Source: Eledone cirrhosa
Taxonomy: Eukaryota
Reading direction: 5' to 3'
Assembly: GCA_964016885.1 (NCBI GenBank)
Contig: OZ024746.1
Location: forward strand, 42,470,001 to 42,534,000
DNA: 64,000 nt
Notes under the pieces: model-generated
Seen by the model: only the letters and a program-made list of their open reading frames with translations
The model's database searches: none
Told to the model about the DNA's origin: nothing
In this document: piece after piece, positions 1 to 13,109 of the stretch
How positions within the stretch are numbered: the stretch's first letter is position 1
Layout of the letters: each line of letters starts with the position of its first letter
Position numbers and translations under genes: made by a program

Positions 1-421
1 GATCAAACAATGGTCAATTTTATAAGTGAAATTTCTAGACAGAAACTGTGCAGCAACTCATCACAAATATGCATGCACACATACACACACAACTTTTTAT
101 GTCAAACTGGCTCTGCTGCTATGAAACAAAACCTCCCTATTTGAATTAAAATCTCATATAAAAATTTTTATTTAAGATCCTTGTTATGTTACTATCTCAG
201 TATAATGAAATCAAGAACAATTTTAGATAATCCACCAAACATCTTCATCAATTCATTAAAATTGAGTGTATTTCATAAGAAATAGTCACAAAAGAGTTAA
301 TACATTATGTTACAGGCCCTACAGTTCACAGATTACTTTCATCTCAGGATGAAGTAGATCAGTTATACATTAAAGGAGTTACAGTGAGGAAAGTAAAACT
401 GTTAACTTTCTTTATTCTTAG

Positions 422-513
422 GTGTTTTACAGAAGAATTTTTATTTTTGCTTTGAATATAAATTAACTAACATTCAAAACAAAATTACTTCTCTTAAAAA
501 ACTAAAATGGGAA
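422..513 (+). CDS. Candidate internal coding exon of an unidentified host gene entering from the left
   Basis: Acceptor tttctttattcttAG ends at 421 and donor GTAAGT starts at 514. The 92 nt are open: (x)VLQKNFYFCFEYKLTNIQNKITSLKKLKWE, ending in phase 0, which fits the exon at 2506. No protein family recognised. Confidence 0.5.
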
Positions 514-1196
514 GTAAGTTATAGTAAGAAGCTATATGTTTGTATGTATGTGAATATATATACATGTATTACACACACACACATACGTGCATATATTTGT
601 ATACATGTTTATCTGTCTTTGTTAGTGAAATTCTTCTGTAAAATGTTATCCCTTTATGTCATAGCATAACTTAGCCATTTGAGAAACGAAGGTGAATAAA
701 ACAAGTACTGGGATCAATAAGTTTGACGAAAATACTTAAGGTTGTATTAAAGCATGGCTGAAATCTGAATGAGTGAAAAGAATTTAAAAAACCCATAAAA
801 GATAGTAGATAAATATAAACTCTCTTGCTGTAGTATTTCACTGTAAAACTAGAAATATGGAATGTTAATGCTATTACTACTGTTGCTGCAGCTGTTCTTC
901 TGTTCTGTTTCTATTTCTTTATATGTTGAAGTTGATGAAAGATTAAAATCTAAAAGTAAATAACAAAACTGATTTAGCAGTTTAGCTAAACTACAAATAT
1001 TTCTTTAAAAAGTGTATATTGCTTGTGTCACTGTATCTAGAATGCTAGCTACAATGTAAAACAGCAATGCCACTCTTGGGAAATTACAATGTATATACAA
1101 TACCTAATATAAAATAATGAGTTCCAACTATCTTTTTACAGAACAAAGAATGCAAGAATTTGGAAGATTAGTTAAGACATGAGATTAGATAAGATA

Positions 1197-1736
1197 CTGT
1201 ATATACTTGAATATAAACTGATCTGAATATAAGTTAACCCATATTTTATGTCTGAGAAATGGGCAAAAATCCAACCCCATGTATAAGCTGAGGCAGCTAA
1301 TCGATATGTGTTTAGATAGTGTGATTTTGAAATCCTCTTGAGTGGATAATATATTTATGAGATTTTAATATTTTGATATTTAAAATGTTTTAAGTGTGGA
1401 TCACAATATGATTTTTGTTTCACAAGTCCATTACATAATGATTTTTTAACAATTTCCAACCATTTTGAAAGCCATATTCATTGAAAACAAATTTCACCTC
1501 CAAAGTGAAACCACTGTAATATTCACTCCCAGAGTGAAACTGGTGTAATATTCACCTCCAAATAACACCACTGTAATAGTCACCTCCAAAGTGAAACTAT
1601 TTTAACACTTCATCTACATAGAATTTAAAGTTGGTAAAAATTGGTGAAATATTGACTTCAAATATAAGTCAACCACCCGTTTTACCATTGATTTTTTTTG
1701 TCACATATTTCTCAGCTTATATATGAGTATATATGG
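1197..1736. mobile_element. Non-autonomous Tc1/mariner-superfamily (Tc2/pogo-like) MITE
   Basis: Imperfect TIRs ctgtatatacttgaatataaactga and tcagcttatatatgagtatatatgg, flanked by TA at 1195-1196 and 1737-1738. They resemble the CCGTATATACTCGAGTATAAGCCGA terminus type. Confidence 0.65.
1493..1620 (+). repeat. 29-bp minisatellite (~4.5 units) inside the MITE
   Basis: Units of the type ttcacctccaaagtgaaaccactgtaata start at 1493, 1522, 1551 and 1579. Most units contain a ttcac/gtgaa hairpin. Confidence 0.85.
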
Positions 1737-2505
1737 TAAATCTGAGGTGTATTACTTCACAATGAAATGCTGTATCAGTTGACATCACAATGCTTAAATA
1801 TTTGTTAAAGTTGATCACTGAAGAAATTAGAATGTGAAGCTAAAGTTGCAGATCAATATTATGTTAAGTGGTAATTTGTGTTTGAAATTCAAAGTGAATG
1901 GTGAAATTGTTGGTCTTGGAAGTGGTAGTGATCAATGTTCTTTGGATTATGTATGAGGATAGAAAATATTTGGTTAAAGTTGGAAATGTGTTTAGTAAGG
2001 CATTGCAATACACATCTACTATGACAAGTCAAAAGAGTTTCTTGATAAAACACTGTCATTAGTCATTGTTTTGATGATGAACGCCAGGATGCTAATATCA
2101 GATTATCAATTCATCTTCATTGTAATTTTCATCTTTAAAAACTCTGTATAATTTATTCACACAGAAAAGTAAAATTTCCTGATAATTTTTTGAGGAAAAG
2201 CAGATTTGTGTATTTAATTATTTAAATGTCTAATGATAATTTCTAATCTGAACATTAGGAGTTAAAAATATTAAATATGCTAAAAGAGCCACCATAATGC
2301 ATATCAGGATGTCAAGCATATGGAGTTGATTCTTCTGAAAAGCTGCTGTTCTGCAAATATAAACAACTCATGCCAGTGTTGAAAATTGAACATGAAAATT
2401 ACTGCTGTTTCTACTGCTACTGATAATAAAGACTGAAAGTGGTAGGTTTGAAAGCTTAGGTAACAGCAGTAATAAATAATACCTATTTTGTTTCTTTTTT
2501 TACAG

Positions 2506-2568
2506 TTACATACTGGGTTCTCACTGCAAAACTATGATCAGAATACTGATGCAATAATATATCTATAA
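2506..2568 (+). CDS. Candidate terminal coding exon
   Basis: Strong acceptor cctattttgtttctttttttacAG ends at 2505. Phase 0 reads LHTGFSLQNYDQNTDAIIYL* (TAA 2566-2568). AATAAA follows at 2713 and 2774. Confidence 0.5.
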   Translation, partial: LHTGFSLQNYDQNTDAIIYL

Positions 2569-2712
2569 TTGGATTACTTCCATTTTTATTCATTGAAAAT
2601 AGCTCATCATTGTGCTTTGCTGATCCAGTCCCTTTTTCAACCAATACAAATTCCTGCCTACTGCACTGTTTTTACATTACATGAACTATAACATTACTGC
2701 TATTGCAAGATC

Positions 2713-2779
2713 AATAAAACCAATCTTTAGTAAATATTATGCACTTATCTATTTTGATGTGATAAAGCATATAAATAAA
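2713..2779 (+). promoter_or_regulatory. Candidate polyadenylation signals for the putative terminal exon
   Basis: AATAAA at 2713-2718 and 2774-2779. The hexamer is common in AT-rich DNA, so this is weak alone. Confidence 0.3.
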
Positions 2780-4215
2780 AACAAAACAAAAAATTCCTAT
2801 TTATGGGAGACCCTTACTGAGGAAAAAAGAATCACGTTTAGGAGTATGCTGTAGATTAATCAGTGCAATAACATAGAAGACAAAAAGAAAATATCAGGAA
2901 GTACTTGTCTTTCCTATAGAATTTAGAATCTAGTCAGCTTACACATGTGCAGTAATTCTGGATAGCATAAAATGAAAAGAAAACTGATAAATGGTGAAGT
3001 TATCTTGGAAGTAAACTAGAGAAGATCATGCAGTATCAACGAAAGGTCAACACAGTAGTTAACCGTTCTAGAAGAAAGCCTGCAATCTTTAGCGGATGAA
3101 TCTAAATATTGATATTGATTTCTTTAAAAAGTAATACAGACATAATATATAACCACAAAACATTCAGCAGAGAAGATTTTCTGAAACGCTACTGTTAGGC
3201 TGCTTACTAGCTCGCAATTTTGAGAAGTTGATTTTAATTTACACATATTTAATTTACAACAGCCAGTATATTATCTCATGTTTAGATGAAACTAGATATG
3301 ATGAATGCAAATAGCAAAACAATGTTTATATTTTTTGCTGTTGTTTGTTTGTGGGGGTGCGGGTGGAGTGAGAAGCAAGATTTTGAACTTCAAAATTATT
3401 TGATACAACTGGTGATCATTTAAATTAAGAAGCAAGTAAACTGGTGAGCTTATCCTACAAGCCATTTGGACAAAATCTACTTAACCATTTTGATACCAAC
3501 TTGTCTGAAACCACTCTTGGTTATATGACACAAAACTGGCCATTTTATTTACAAACATTTTGTTAAGTAATGTACAAAAATCAGTTTATTAATGAGAAAC
3601 TGGGTTATTTTATAAAATTATCCCTTGGATAAAACCCTGAACAATTTTTACCCATCATGCTATGGGTAATAAACAGTTATATATATATAAACAAGTTTAA
3701 GTGAGTTGATAATACAACCACATAAAGGTAAAGACAAATTTTAAAGCTCTGGGTGTAGAAGGATGATGATGATATGTGTGTGTGTGTGTGTAATAGCAAA
3801 AAAAATATATTGAAAAACTTAAGATATAAATATCGCATGAAGGAGCTGGTGGGTGCGCTAGTTTTCATATATGGGAAGTTAGCATAATAAATTAGATATG
3901 TTCATGATATGCTTAAAGCTCTATTCAATATTATTTTAATAAGGACCCCTGCCCTATGTGTGTAAATACGGTTTAACTCATTGTATGTTAAAGGAATAGT
4001 GGAAAGACACAGGGACACCACAAAATTCACATCTCCATATTGAAAACAATTAGAAAGACAAAATTACCAAAACTCCATTCCATAGAATTTGTTAAAGAAA
4101 TACTTTAAAATATTTTTCCTAGTGGTTAGGTTTAAAAAATGAGATCAATAAATGTATTCTATATTATACAGGGCAGAATTTAAGACAATATTTACATGCA
4201 AAATGTCACAGTATG

Positions 4216-4276
<61 letters not shown>

Positions 4277-5978
4277 CATACATATGTATGTATATATACA
4301 TTCTTAAACCAAACGCTGAATTAGTTTCTTCTTGCAAATACTGGATTTTCAGACCCCTTAAATATATAAAATTAACTGTATTACTAAGTAAGTAATCACC
4401 TAAACATCATCACAACCTCATTCCCTCTACAATGGCACATTTAAAATAAAATTTGCGGGATATATTTATGTAGGAAATATTATATAGAGATGATGGTGGG
4501 GATAATAAGTGAATCAAAGTCAAATGAAGTGAAAATAAATATCTATAAACCCTTAGTTAGAAAGTTAAAATAGTACAAATTTATAACCAAATAGATTTAC
4601 ATCTACAAAATTATGTAGCAATAGAAGTATACAACCATATACAGATAAATACGTGCACTCACATATACACACATATATCAACACACAATCCTTCATAACA
4701 GAGAAAACACACATATGATGATGATGATGGCAATTATACAAACATTGTCACATGTGCATAAAAACCTACCTATATGTGTGTGTGTGCACAAACATAAATG
4801 TTTATAGTTGAAGTGAGTGGATTTTGTGGAAGATGGAAGACCTTCAAAAAATAGGATGAAAAGGTGTTGATGGATTTCATTAAGCTAAACTTCATAAAGA
4901 AGATAACAAAAAACCTAAGCTGGTTATCACTACAAGCAGTGGTGGCATCTGAGATGTTTATGTTATTTACATTGCCTTTGTGATCCAGTATATTCCAGTT
5001 AAATCTCCATCTACTGTCTTCTTCATTATTCACATGTCTACTATTTCTTATCACTATTTACTGTACAATGTCAACTATGTAAAAGAGATAGAATTTGATC
5101 TGTTTGTATTCAATCCTCTTGCCATTATTTTTCAGCACTCTACCTCTCTTCCATCACCTGTGTAATGCAAGATGAAATCAGTTCTGTCTGTATTCAGTAC
5201 CCCCACCATCACCCTCCCTTACTAATAGCCAAATTAGCCATCATTATTCTCACTCTCCTATGTTTCTCTTCATTGATATCTGTCAATCTCACTTACCATT
5301 GCCATATAAAAGAGATTGAGATTCTTGCTGAGTTTGTCAGTAACTTAATTAGGAAAACATTTAAATGTTAATTAACTCCATTTATATGTTAAATAAAGTC
5401 ATATATAAAATAAAAAAAAAGGAAGTGAAAAACAGAGGGTACATTTGGGACACTTCTATATTAATCCTTAGCTCATTTTCAAGGTATATTTATTCTCTCC
5501 ACAGTAACTGAGCAAATTTTAGCCACCACTTTCATTCCTTTTAAAATGTAGAGTATTGTCCAATGCTTTTCCACATTATGTGACCCCCCCCCCCCCCCTC
5601 TCACACACACACTCAGATTTTGAACAGAAAAAGGAAGAATAAGATTCAAAGAGCCTTCGAAGTGTAGTAAAACCAGGTGTAATTGTAAAAGATTGGATAT
5701 TAAAAAGCAAGAAAGAAACATATTGTTATGGGATATGCTAATCAAGGGTGGATGTTAATGAATTTTGCGTCATGAAATTGTACCATATAGGCCTTTTAAA
5801 AACTTAGTGGGTATGTAAGTATAATATTTATTCTGTCTACATTTCTTTGAACCTAATTAGATTGTTCCCAACAAAATATTAAATTTACAGTTCCCTGCGG
5901 TATTGGCAGTGTTCAAAAGTCTAAAGTTTTGGATTTTTACCTCTAATTCTCTCAGAGTATTCGTAAAGCCAAATGATC

Positions 5979-6123
<145 letters not shown>

Positions 6124-7064
6124 TTTGAGGAAGTAGATCGATTTAATGGCCTACAAATTGCTGAATGCCATGGGTGAGAAACACACAGATATATATTCTG
6201 AAGGTTACATAGGTTTGTTAGTCAAACAAGCTGAATAAGACTTTAAACAAGGCTGATCTATGAAAACTAATATAACCAAATAAAATGACAAAGGATGACA
6301 ATATATGAAAAGAAACCATTAAAATAATGCAGTAATATAAATGTCTAATAATAAAGGTTGAGTGTTGTTGTATTGTTTAAAGTACAACTTGTACTAAAAT
6401 ATGATTTTGAATAGTAAATGATGGTATCACCTTAATCAGTGAAACCTACTGGGGCTAAAGCAGCTTTTTGATCTAGAAAAGCAAATGAGATTTTCAGATT
6501 CATCGCCAGTATGAAAAGATTGGTTATGCTAGGCTAAGTCCAGCAAGATAAGTCTAAACAAATTTATTGAAAATATAAAAAAGCAATATGAAAAGCTGAA
6601 AACTTCTGTAGTAATGTATAATTGAATAAGAGATGGCAATATGGTCGGCTGAAATGCATATCCGTTCCATCAACAAACTGAATATATTTTTAATAAGGTC
6701 TATTCAAATGCAATCTTTAAGATCTTATATATTCATTTATCTACATTCGTTCCTCTACTTCATGCTAAATTCATTATTTCTTATTATCAGAATTTCTATC
6801 AGATCAAAAAGACTTTATCTTTTCAAAGATGCATCTGTGAAACCAATAAATGATATCATAATAAACATTAATTTTCTTTTTCTATTACCTAGAAGCCTGG
6901 TTATATTTCCTGTGAAGCCTTAAAATGAAGTATATTTCTTGAAATATTATATCTATTTCAATATAAGAGAATTTAAAAAAAAGATAATTATCATAAAGAA
7001 ATATGGCATATAGATGAAGTGGATATTATGTAGATGTATAAATGTTTGAAATTATCATTTTCAG

Positions 7065-7094
7065 ATAGTCATCATTATTGTTCTGCAAGTATTG
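7065..7094 (+). other. Candidate 30-nt micro-exon
   Basis: attatcattttcAG | atagtcatcattattgttctgcaagtattg | GTAAGT. Length is a multiple of 3 and it is open in two frames. Confidence 0.3.
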
Positions 7095-7399
7095 GTAAGT
7101 AAAACTTCAGCTTCATTTTATACATATTTTGCTACCAATTTAATTCTAAAATGAAACACATCATTGAAGAATCAGTTATTTATAATTTTTAAGTTTTGTC
7201 GATATTTACTTCTTAAATATCAAATATCAATAATAAATATAACCACAATTATATTTTTTTAAACGTTCCATTCAAATTGATTTCAGATTGTAATGATTAA
7301 AAGAAATATTCCGTATAAAAAATTTACATAGTTTTAAGGCAGAACTGACTCCTAATAAGTTTGTCTACATGTGGTAGATAGGGCAATGGCCCTGAGTTA

Positions 7400-7990
7400 T
7401 AGGGGCCTCCTGCAATATAAGTGGATTCATCCAGTGAATAAGCAATTATGAAACAACAGTTGTGGCTAACCTAGTGTAGTAGATGGGGGGATCTTTGTCT
7501 CTTAACAATCACTGCAATGCTCTGTGACAGGATCCTGGTGTGGTGAGTTCAGGCTATCTTCTAAATAACTGTTCCAGGAGGAAAGGTCTACTCTAAACAA
7601 GTGGGCAGCAACATAAACTGTCGTTTCAGAAAAACAAAGCAAATGAATGAGGAATCAGGCACCTTACTCATGTATCACTGTCTATGAACATATCAATAAA
7701 ACAATGAAAACAAATTTCATGGATGAAATTAACAACAATGACTTGAACAGGACCCATCTATCAAGCACAGAGAGGGTAGCTTCCTGAAAGTTGGTCAAGA
7801 TGTTGGAAACAAGATACCTAGCACACAAAGGGTCATGTCAAGTATGTTGGTTGATAAGTGCCAGAGAGAAACTATGTTGGAAATGAGATACCTCGATCCT
7901 CTATTAAGCATAGAGAGGATCTCATCTTGCTAGTTGGTTGATAAGTGCAGAGAGAAATAAAGCTGAAAACGATAGACCTCTAACCTCTTC
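7400..7990 (+). mobile_element. Decayed 5' end of a non-LTR retrotransposon (R4/Dong- or RTE-like)
   Basis: GC-richer patch. ccaggaggaaaggtctactctaaac resembles LINE 5'-UTR motifs. A decayed N-terminal frame (MKTNFMDEINNNDLNRTHLSSTERVAS) is followed by duplicated blocks (gttggttgataagtgc at ~7846 and ~7933). Confidence 0.3.
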
Positions 7991-8293
7991 AGAAGAAAAA
8001 GAACATAACTGAATTGAATTTCATATAATTATTTCAAAACTTATAATAGGTAAAATCTTTACATTACTCATGAAGCAAAGGAGAGTAAAATGGATTAATT
8101 TGTAGTCAATAGGGGACCAGCCTTCTATGACCTTTTATGCCAACAATTAACAGACTAATTCATTGTACTTAAGTCTACCTTAAATGTGATTACATAAGTG
8201 ATTAGAGATCAGGTAAATAAGGCTCTAGATATGAAGAGTTAATGAACATAATATCCAATTTAATAATTAACACTAAAACCATGAATGTTTATA

Positions 8294-8421
8294 AAGAAGA
8301 AGACGAAGAAGAAGACGAAGAAGGAGACGAAGAAGGAGATGAAGAAGGAGACGAAGAAGGAGATGAAGAAGAAGACAAAGAAGACGATGAAGAAGACGAC
8401 GACGACGATGATGAAGAAGAA
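8294..8421 (+). repeat. (GAA/GAC/GAT/GGA)n trinucleotide microsatellite
   Basis: Directly visible; explains the acidic pseudo-ORF 8242..8430. Confidence 0.95.
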
Positions 8422-9338
8422 GTCTTATAAATTTATCTTTAGTATTCATTTAGTTTATGGTTAAAAAGATCCCTTAAATAATGCAAAATAAGGGAACAAG
8501 ATATAGGTCAATTAGATGATGACAGATGATAGAAAATGCCCATGTAGGAGAAAAATATGATTGCTCAATAATAGAAGCAATGTTAGTATTAGAAATGAAA
8601 CATCAGTAATGCAACACTGTCAATGAACTTGAAACAAGTTGTGATATCTGTACATTCTTCAGAAGAAAGTAAATCCTGTGCATGGACTTGAGATTTGAGG
8701 ATTGTCAAAAGAGATTATTGAAATGGTGCAATAAAGCTTTTAAATGATAGTAGAGTGCAAAAGGATTATGGATAATATGATACTGGTTTTATTAATGATG
8801 ATAAATTTCATATATGTCATGCTTAAATAGCAATAGAGCAGAAAATTATTCAAATTAGGATAACTTTAGTAGTTATAGTGAGACTGATTTGCACATTTTC
8901 CAAATTAAATGCATATTAATGCTAAATGTCTATCATGAACCACAGGATATGATAAAGACACCACTTTAGCTCTTGATTCAGCTGTTTTTAATGTTTAATA
9001 GATGAGATATGAATCTTCCTCTGGATAGATCACCAGTATATTACAGGTATATTTCCAAGAAAATATTTACCTATGCACCATGAATAAGTGAACTGAGGCA
9101 CTCAGAATTAAATGGTGTCTATAGAAACAAGTATAAAATAAATAGCAGCAAACATGAATGTGTCATGTATGAGCAAATAGTTCAATACTTTCTTCAGCTT
9201 CAATAAATCATCAATCAATATAGACATGAGGTTTGATTACTCAAAGGTCTTTCTGCCACTTTTGTTCCATCTCCATGGGTACTTTACCTGGTTTTCTTTA
9301 CTATTTATAGTGATCAACCATTATTATTGGAATTTATG

Positions 9339-9519
9339 TTTAGCAGCATAGAGTTATGGCCCTTTACGTTCTGAATTCAAATTACGTCGAAGTTAGCTTT
9401 GACTTTCATCCTTACAGAGGTCTATAAAATAAAGCACCAGTAATGTACTGGGATCAATTTAATCGACTTTCCCCTTCCTTGAAATTGCTGGCCTTGTGCC
9501 CTAATCAAAAACAATCATT
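9339..9519 (+). mobile_element. SINE family 1 (tRNA-derived), older copy
   Basis: Matches the copies at 34037 and 44781, including the central gcctttcatccttacggggtcgataaaataaagtacc-type block. Confidence 0.75.
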
Positions 9520-11635
9520 GCAATTTATGTCAGGATGCATACATTTCAAATTTTAAATATTTCTTAAACCAACTACTTTGTTTGCAATATTTTATATATC
9601 TCATGTGGAATTCTCAGTCAATGAGTATTTAGTCATAATATTGTTAGAAGAATTGTGATGTTCATACTCTTCCAAAGTGCAAGCAGAATTTACAACAACC
9701 ATGAATCAAATTTTCAATTCAACTCATTAGGAACTAACATTCTGCTCTAAGAATATCTTAAAAGGTCAAAATTGGTGATTAATATTCAATTATGATGATT
9801 ATGCTCAAAATTAATTATTGCACAATGTAAAATATTTCAACTGCCTTTCAACTGTTGATGCGCATGTACATGCATGTGTGCACAAGGACACATACATTAG
9901 AAAAATACAACCAGTAAAATGGATAAAGAGCGATCACATTTAGAATGTTTTGAATAGATTATGTTCTTTCAAACATTAAAAGATTATTATGAAGTGTGAT
10001 TATTTGGCTTTCAAGATGGCATTCAGTGGAAATTGACTGCTTTGAAAGGCATTGAGTAGAAAACACCAATAATCCTCTTGTGCAAAAGTCACTGGCAATT
10101 TCAAAATAAGAGGTATAAGTTCAAAGATAACAGGTTCCTTTTATCTTTTCATTGACCTTAGAGATACTGATAACAATAAAATAATGAGCCACTAGCAGGC
10201 TTTATGGTATAGGGTAGAAAAGGAGAAATATTTTATGAAGCATGAGAGAAAGATGCTTTTGTGTAAAAGATACAATCATTTAATAAGAGGACAGATGATT
10301 TCATCAAACACACAGCAAGAGAACATTATAGGATATTTGATTGTGTGTTATAATTGCTATATACGTTTTAATCACTGAAAGCATGCATAAAAAGAACAAT
10401 ATATGACAAAACTGTTTTAAGTGTGTTTTTTTTTCCATTTTTATTTATTCTTTAAATTTTAGATTAGCAAGCATGAAAAAATACAGCATGCATTATGCCA
10501 AGTTTGATACACATCTATTGCTACTTCATTTTGCGTTTGAGGAAGGTATGAATGTTACAAATCTCATTTCACCTAAATATAAAGTCAAATCGCCAATAAA
10601 CAGCTACTACTGGATACAAGAATCAAATGATTATTTCTGTTGACAAAACTTGAGCAATTAATAAAAATACTGCCAACTAATTATTATTCTATATTGTATT
10701 TTCTATTTTAATGTATAATATTAATAAAGAGTAATTAGTAACAAAGTACTTTTTGTTCATTGTAAAAAGAAATATGTTCAGGAACATGACAGACTTTTGA
10801 ATGTACATTACAATTAGTGGGATCATATAGGAAATTCTGTTATTTGTTTTAAACTGTTCAGTATTTGATTCACTATTCTTGAAAACAGCATGTTTCCTCA
10901 TTTTAATTTGTTCTCTCTGGTGGACAACATATTACCAACCAAGTGTACAGTTGACCATTTTGATAACTTTCTCAATCACAAACAGGCTGTGGATGGAGAC
11001 TTTCAAATACACATTAGATCCAACTTTAGCCTTGTTTATGTTATTGTCTAGTTTCCAATTCAGTACTATAGAAACTGGTTTAAGATCAAATATATTCAGG
11101 CTATAGACATTCCCCCCAAATAGTGTATCCTGGATTATATTATCCAATGTGTTCTTTTTAAAAACAGTAGAATTTTGTTTAAGAGGATTTGGTTGTTAAT
11201 TCTAGCAGGATGATTAACCACACAAAGGTTTGATTACGGCAAACCTGACATATAAATGTCAGATTTGAATCATGTTACTTGAAAACTACAGCATTGTTTA
11301 CAACTAAAGTGATTTGAATCTTTGACATTTACAGGTCAGATTTCATTAGCATATTACAAATGCAAATAATTTTGGTGTGCCTTATAATTCATATAGATAG
11401 AGCAAATAAGAAGTTTCTTTTTTTTTTTTTTAAAATGCAACAAAACCTAATGTAGCAGCAAAACTACGAAACTGTACACTCATACAACCAATATAACAAA
11501 TCACCAAGCAAGAGAATTTCATTGTATACAGCTAATACTCTGAGTTGAAGCATCTAATCCAGCTTATTACTAGAGTTGGTATTGTATCTAGACTTAAGCT
11601 TTATTTCATGTCACACATGTGCTATATATATATAT

Positions 11636-12855
11636 GAACTAGAGAAGAAATTGGCATGGCCTAGAATCAAAAGGCCTTAAAATTAACCTGTCTAAGACTA
11701 AAGTTCTAGTTTGTAGGAAGGAAAATAGGGTACTGCTCCCATCTGGGAAATGGCCAAGCTCAGTGTGTAGGAAAGAAACTCCATTTTATGTCCAAAATGC
11801 AAAGTATGGGTGCATAAAAGATGTAGTGGGATCACAAGTAAGCTAACTAAGAATATAGATTTTATATGTGGCCAGTGCTCAGGTGCAATAAGTAGCAGCA
11901 AGTGCCCACAGAATACTAGCTCATTACATTGCACAGATGGCTCTATAGAAATAGTGGACACCTTCTGTTACCTGGGTGACACAATCAGCAGTGGTGGAGG
12001 GTGCTCTGAAAGTACAGTAGCTAGAGTCAGAACGGGATGGAAAAAGTTCAAAGAGCTTATACCACTATTGGCCGCTAAAGGGTTCTCTCTAAAAATGAAA
12101 GGCAGGCTGTATGATGCCTGCATACGAACAGCAATGTTACATGGCAGTGAGACCTGGGCATTGTGTGCAGAGGATCTACGCAGACTGGAGAGGAACGAAG
12201 CTTGCATGCTCCGCTGGATGTGTAATAGTAATATACTTGAACGGCAAAGCATAAACGAACTAAGGGAAAAATTAGAAATAAGAGGGATCAGATGCTGTTT
12301 ACTCGAGAGAAGACTATGTTGGTATGGTCACATGATGCACATGAAAGACGACAGCTGTATAAAAAAGTGCAGGGCAATAAAAATAGACGGTAGCCACGGA
12401 GAAGGCAGACCCAGAAAAACCTGAGATCTTTGGTGCTACACAGTAATGCAGAAGACCCGCCTTGCCTAAGTACAAAGCGAAACCTACAGTTAGTAGGCAC
12501 CTCTAACAAAAATACACCCCCGTCCCACTACCGCCACCCCATCCACACCACCCCTTTCGATGTAAAGTTATGTTGGTACCACAACATCCAGTCTGAAATA
12601 AATGGTCGTGTAGGTGTCACGACAAAAAAACACACAGTCTGTAATGTGGCCGTGTAGGTAACACGGTAAAAACCTCCCAGTCCACACTGTAAACGTGGTT
12701 GGTGTTAGGAAGGGCATCCAGCCATAAAAAACCTGCCAGACAATCCTATACGAGCAAGACAACCAATCTTGCCTCAAGTGGGAAAATTCCCGTCCAAACC
12801 CATACAAGCGTGGAAGATGGACGTTAAACGATGATGATGATGATGATGATGATGA
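11636..12855 (+). mobile_element. 5'-truncated RTE-clade LINE with PHD-like finger
   Basis: GLKINLSKTK, then NSILCPKCKVWVHKRCSG...[28 protein letters not shown] and RRLCWYGH..GRPRKT (ORF 11810..12424). The 3' UTR ends in (GAT)n and the element is flanked by (TA)n. Confidence 0.92.
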
Positions 12856-13009
12856 TATATATATATACTAGCAAATGAGCCCATTCTTGCCAGGCACACC
12901 TTTCGCCACTGTATATACCCCACTGCCTTTCATCAACACTGGGGAAATGCATCACCTGCATACAGCCAAACAGACATTTTCATTTTTATATATATAGATA
13001 TACACATGC

Positions 13010-13109
<100 letters not shown>

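Noticed and set aside
1493-1620. CRISPR-like 29-bp palindromic repeats
   Set aside because: Units are contiguous with no unique spacers, the context is eukaryotic, and there are no cas genes.
4770-5300. Short ORF cluster as a host exon
   Set aside because: Only faint similarity to a decayed LINE endonuclease region on the minus strand; too weak to call and no splice support.
8242-8430. Acidic D/E-rich ORF
   Set aside because: Trinucleotide microsatellite with no splice support or domain.
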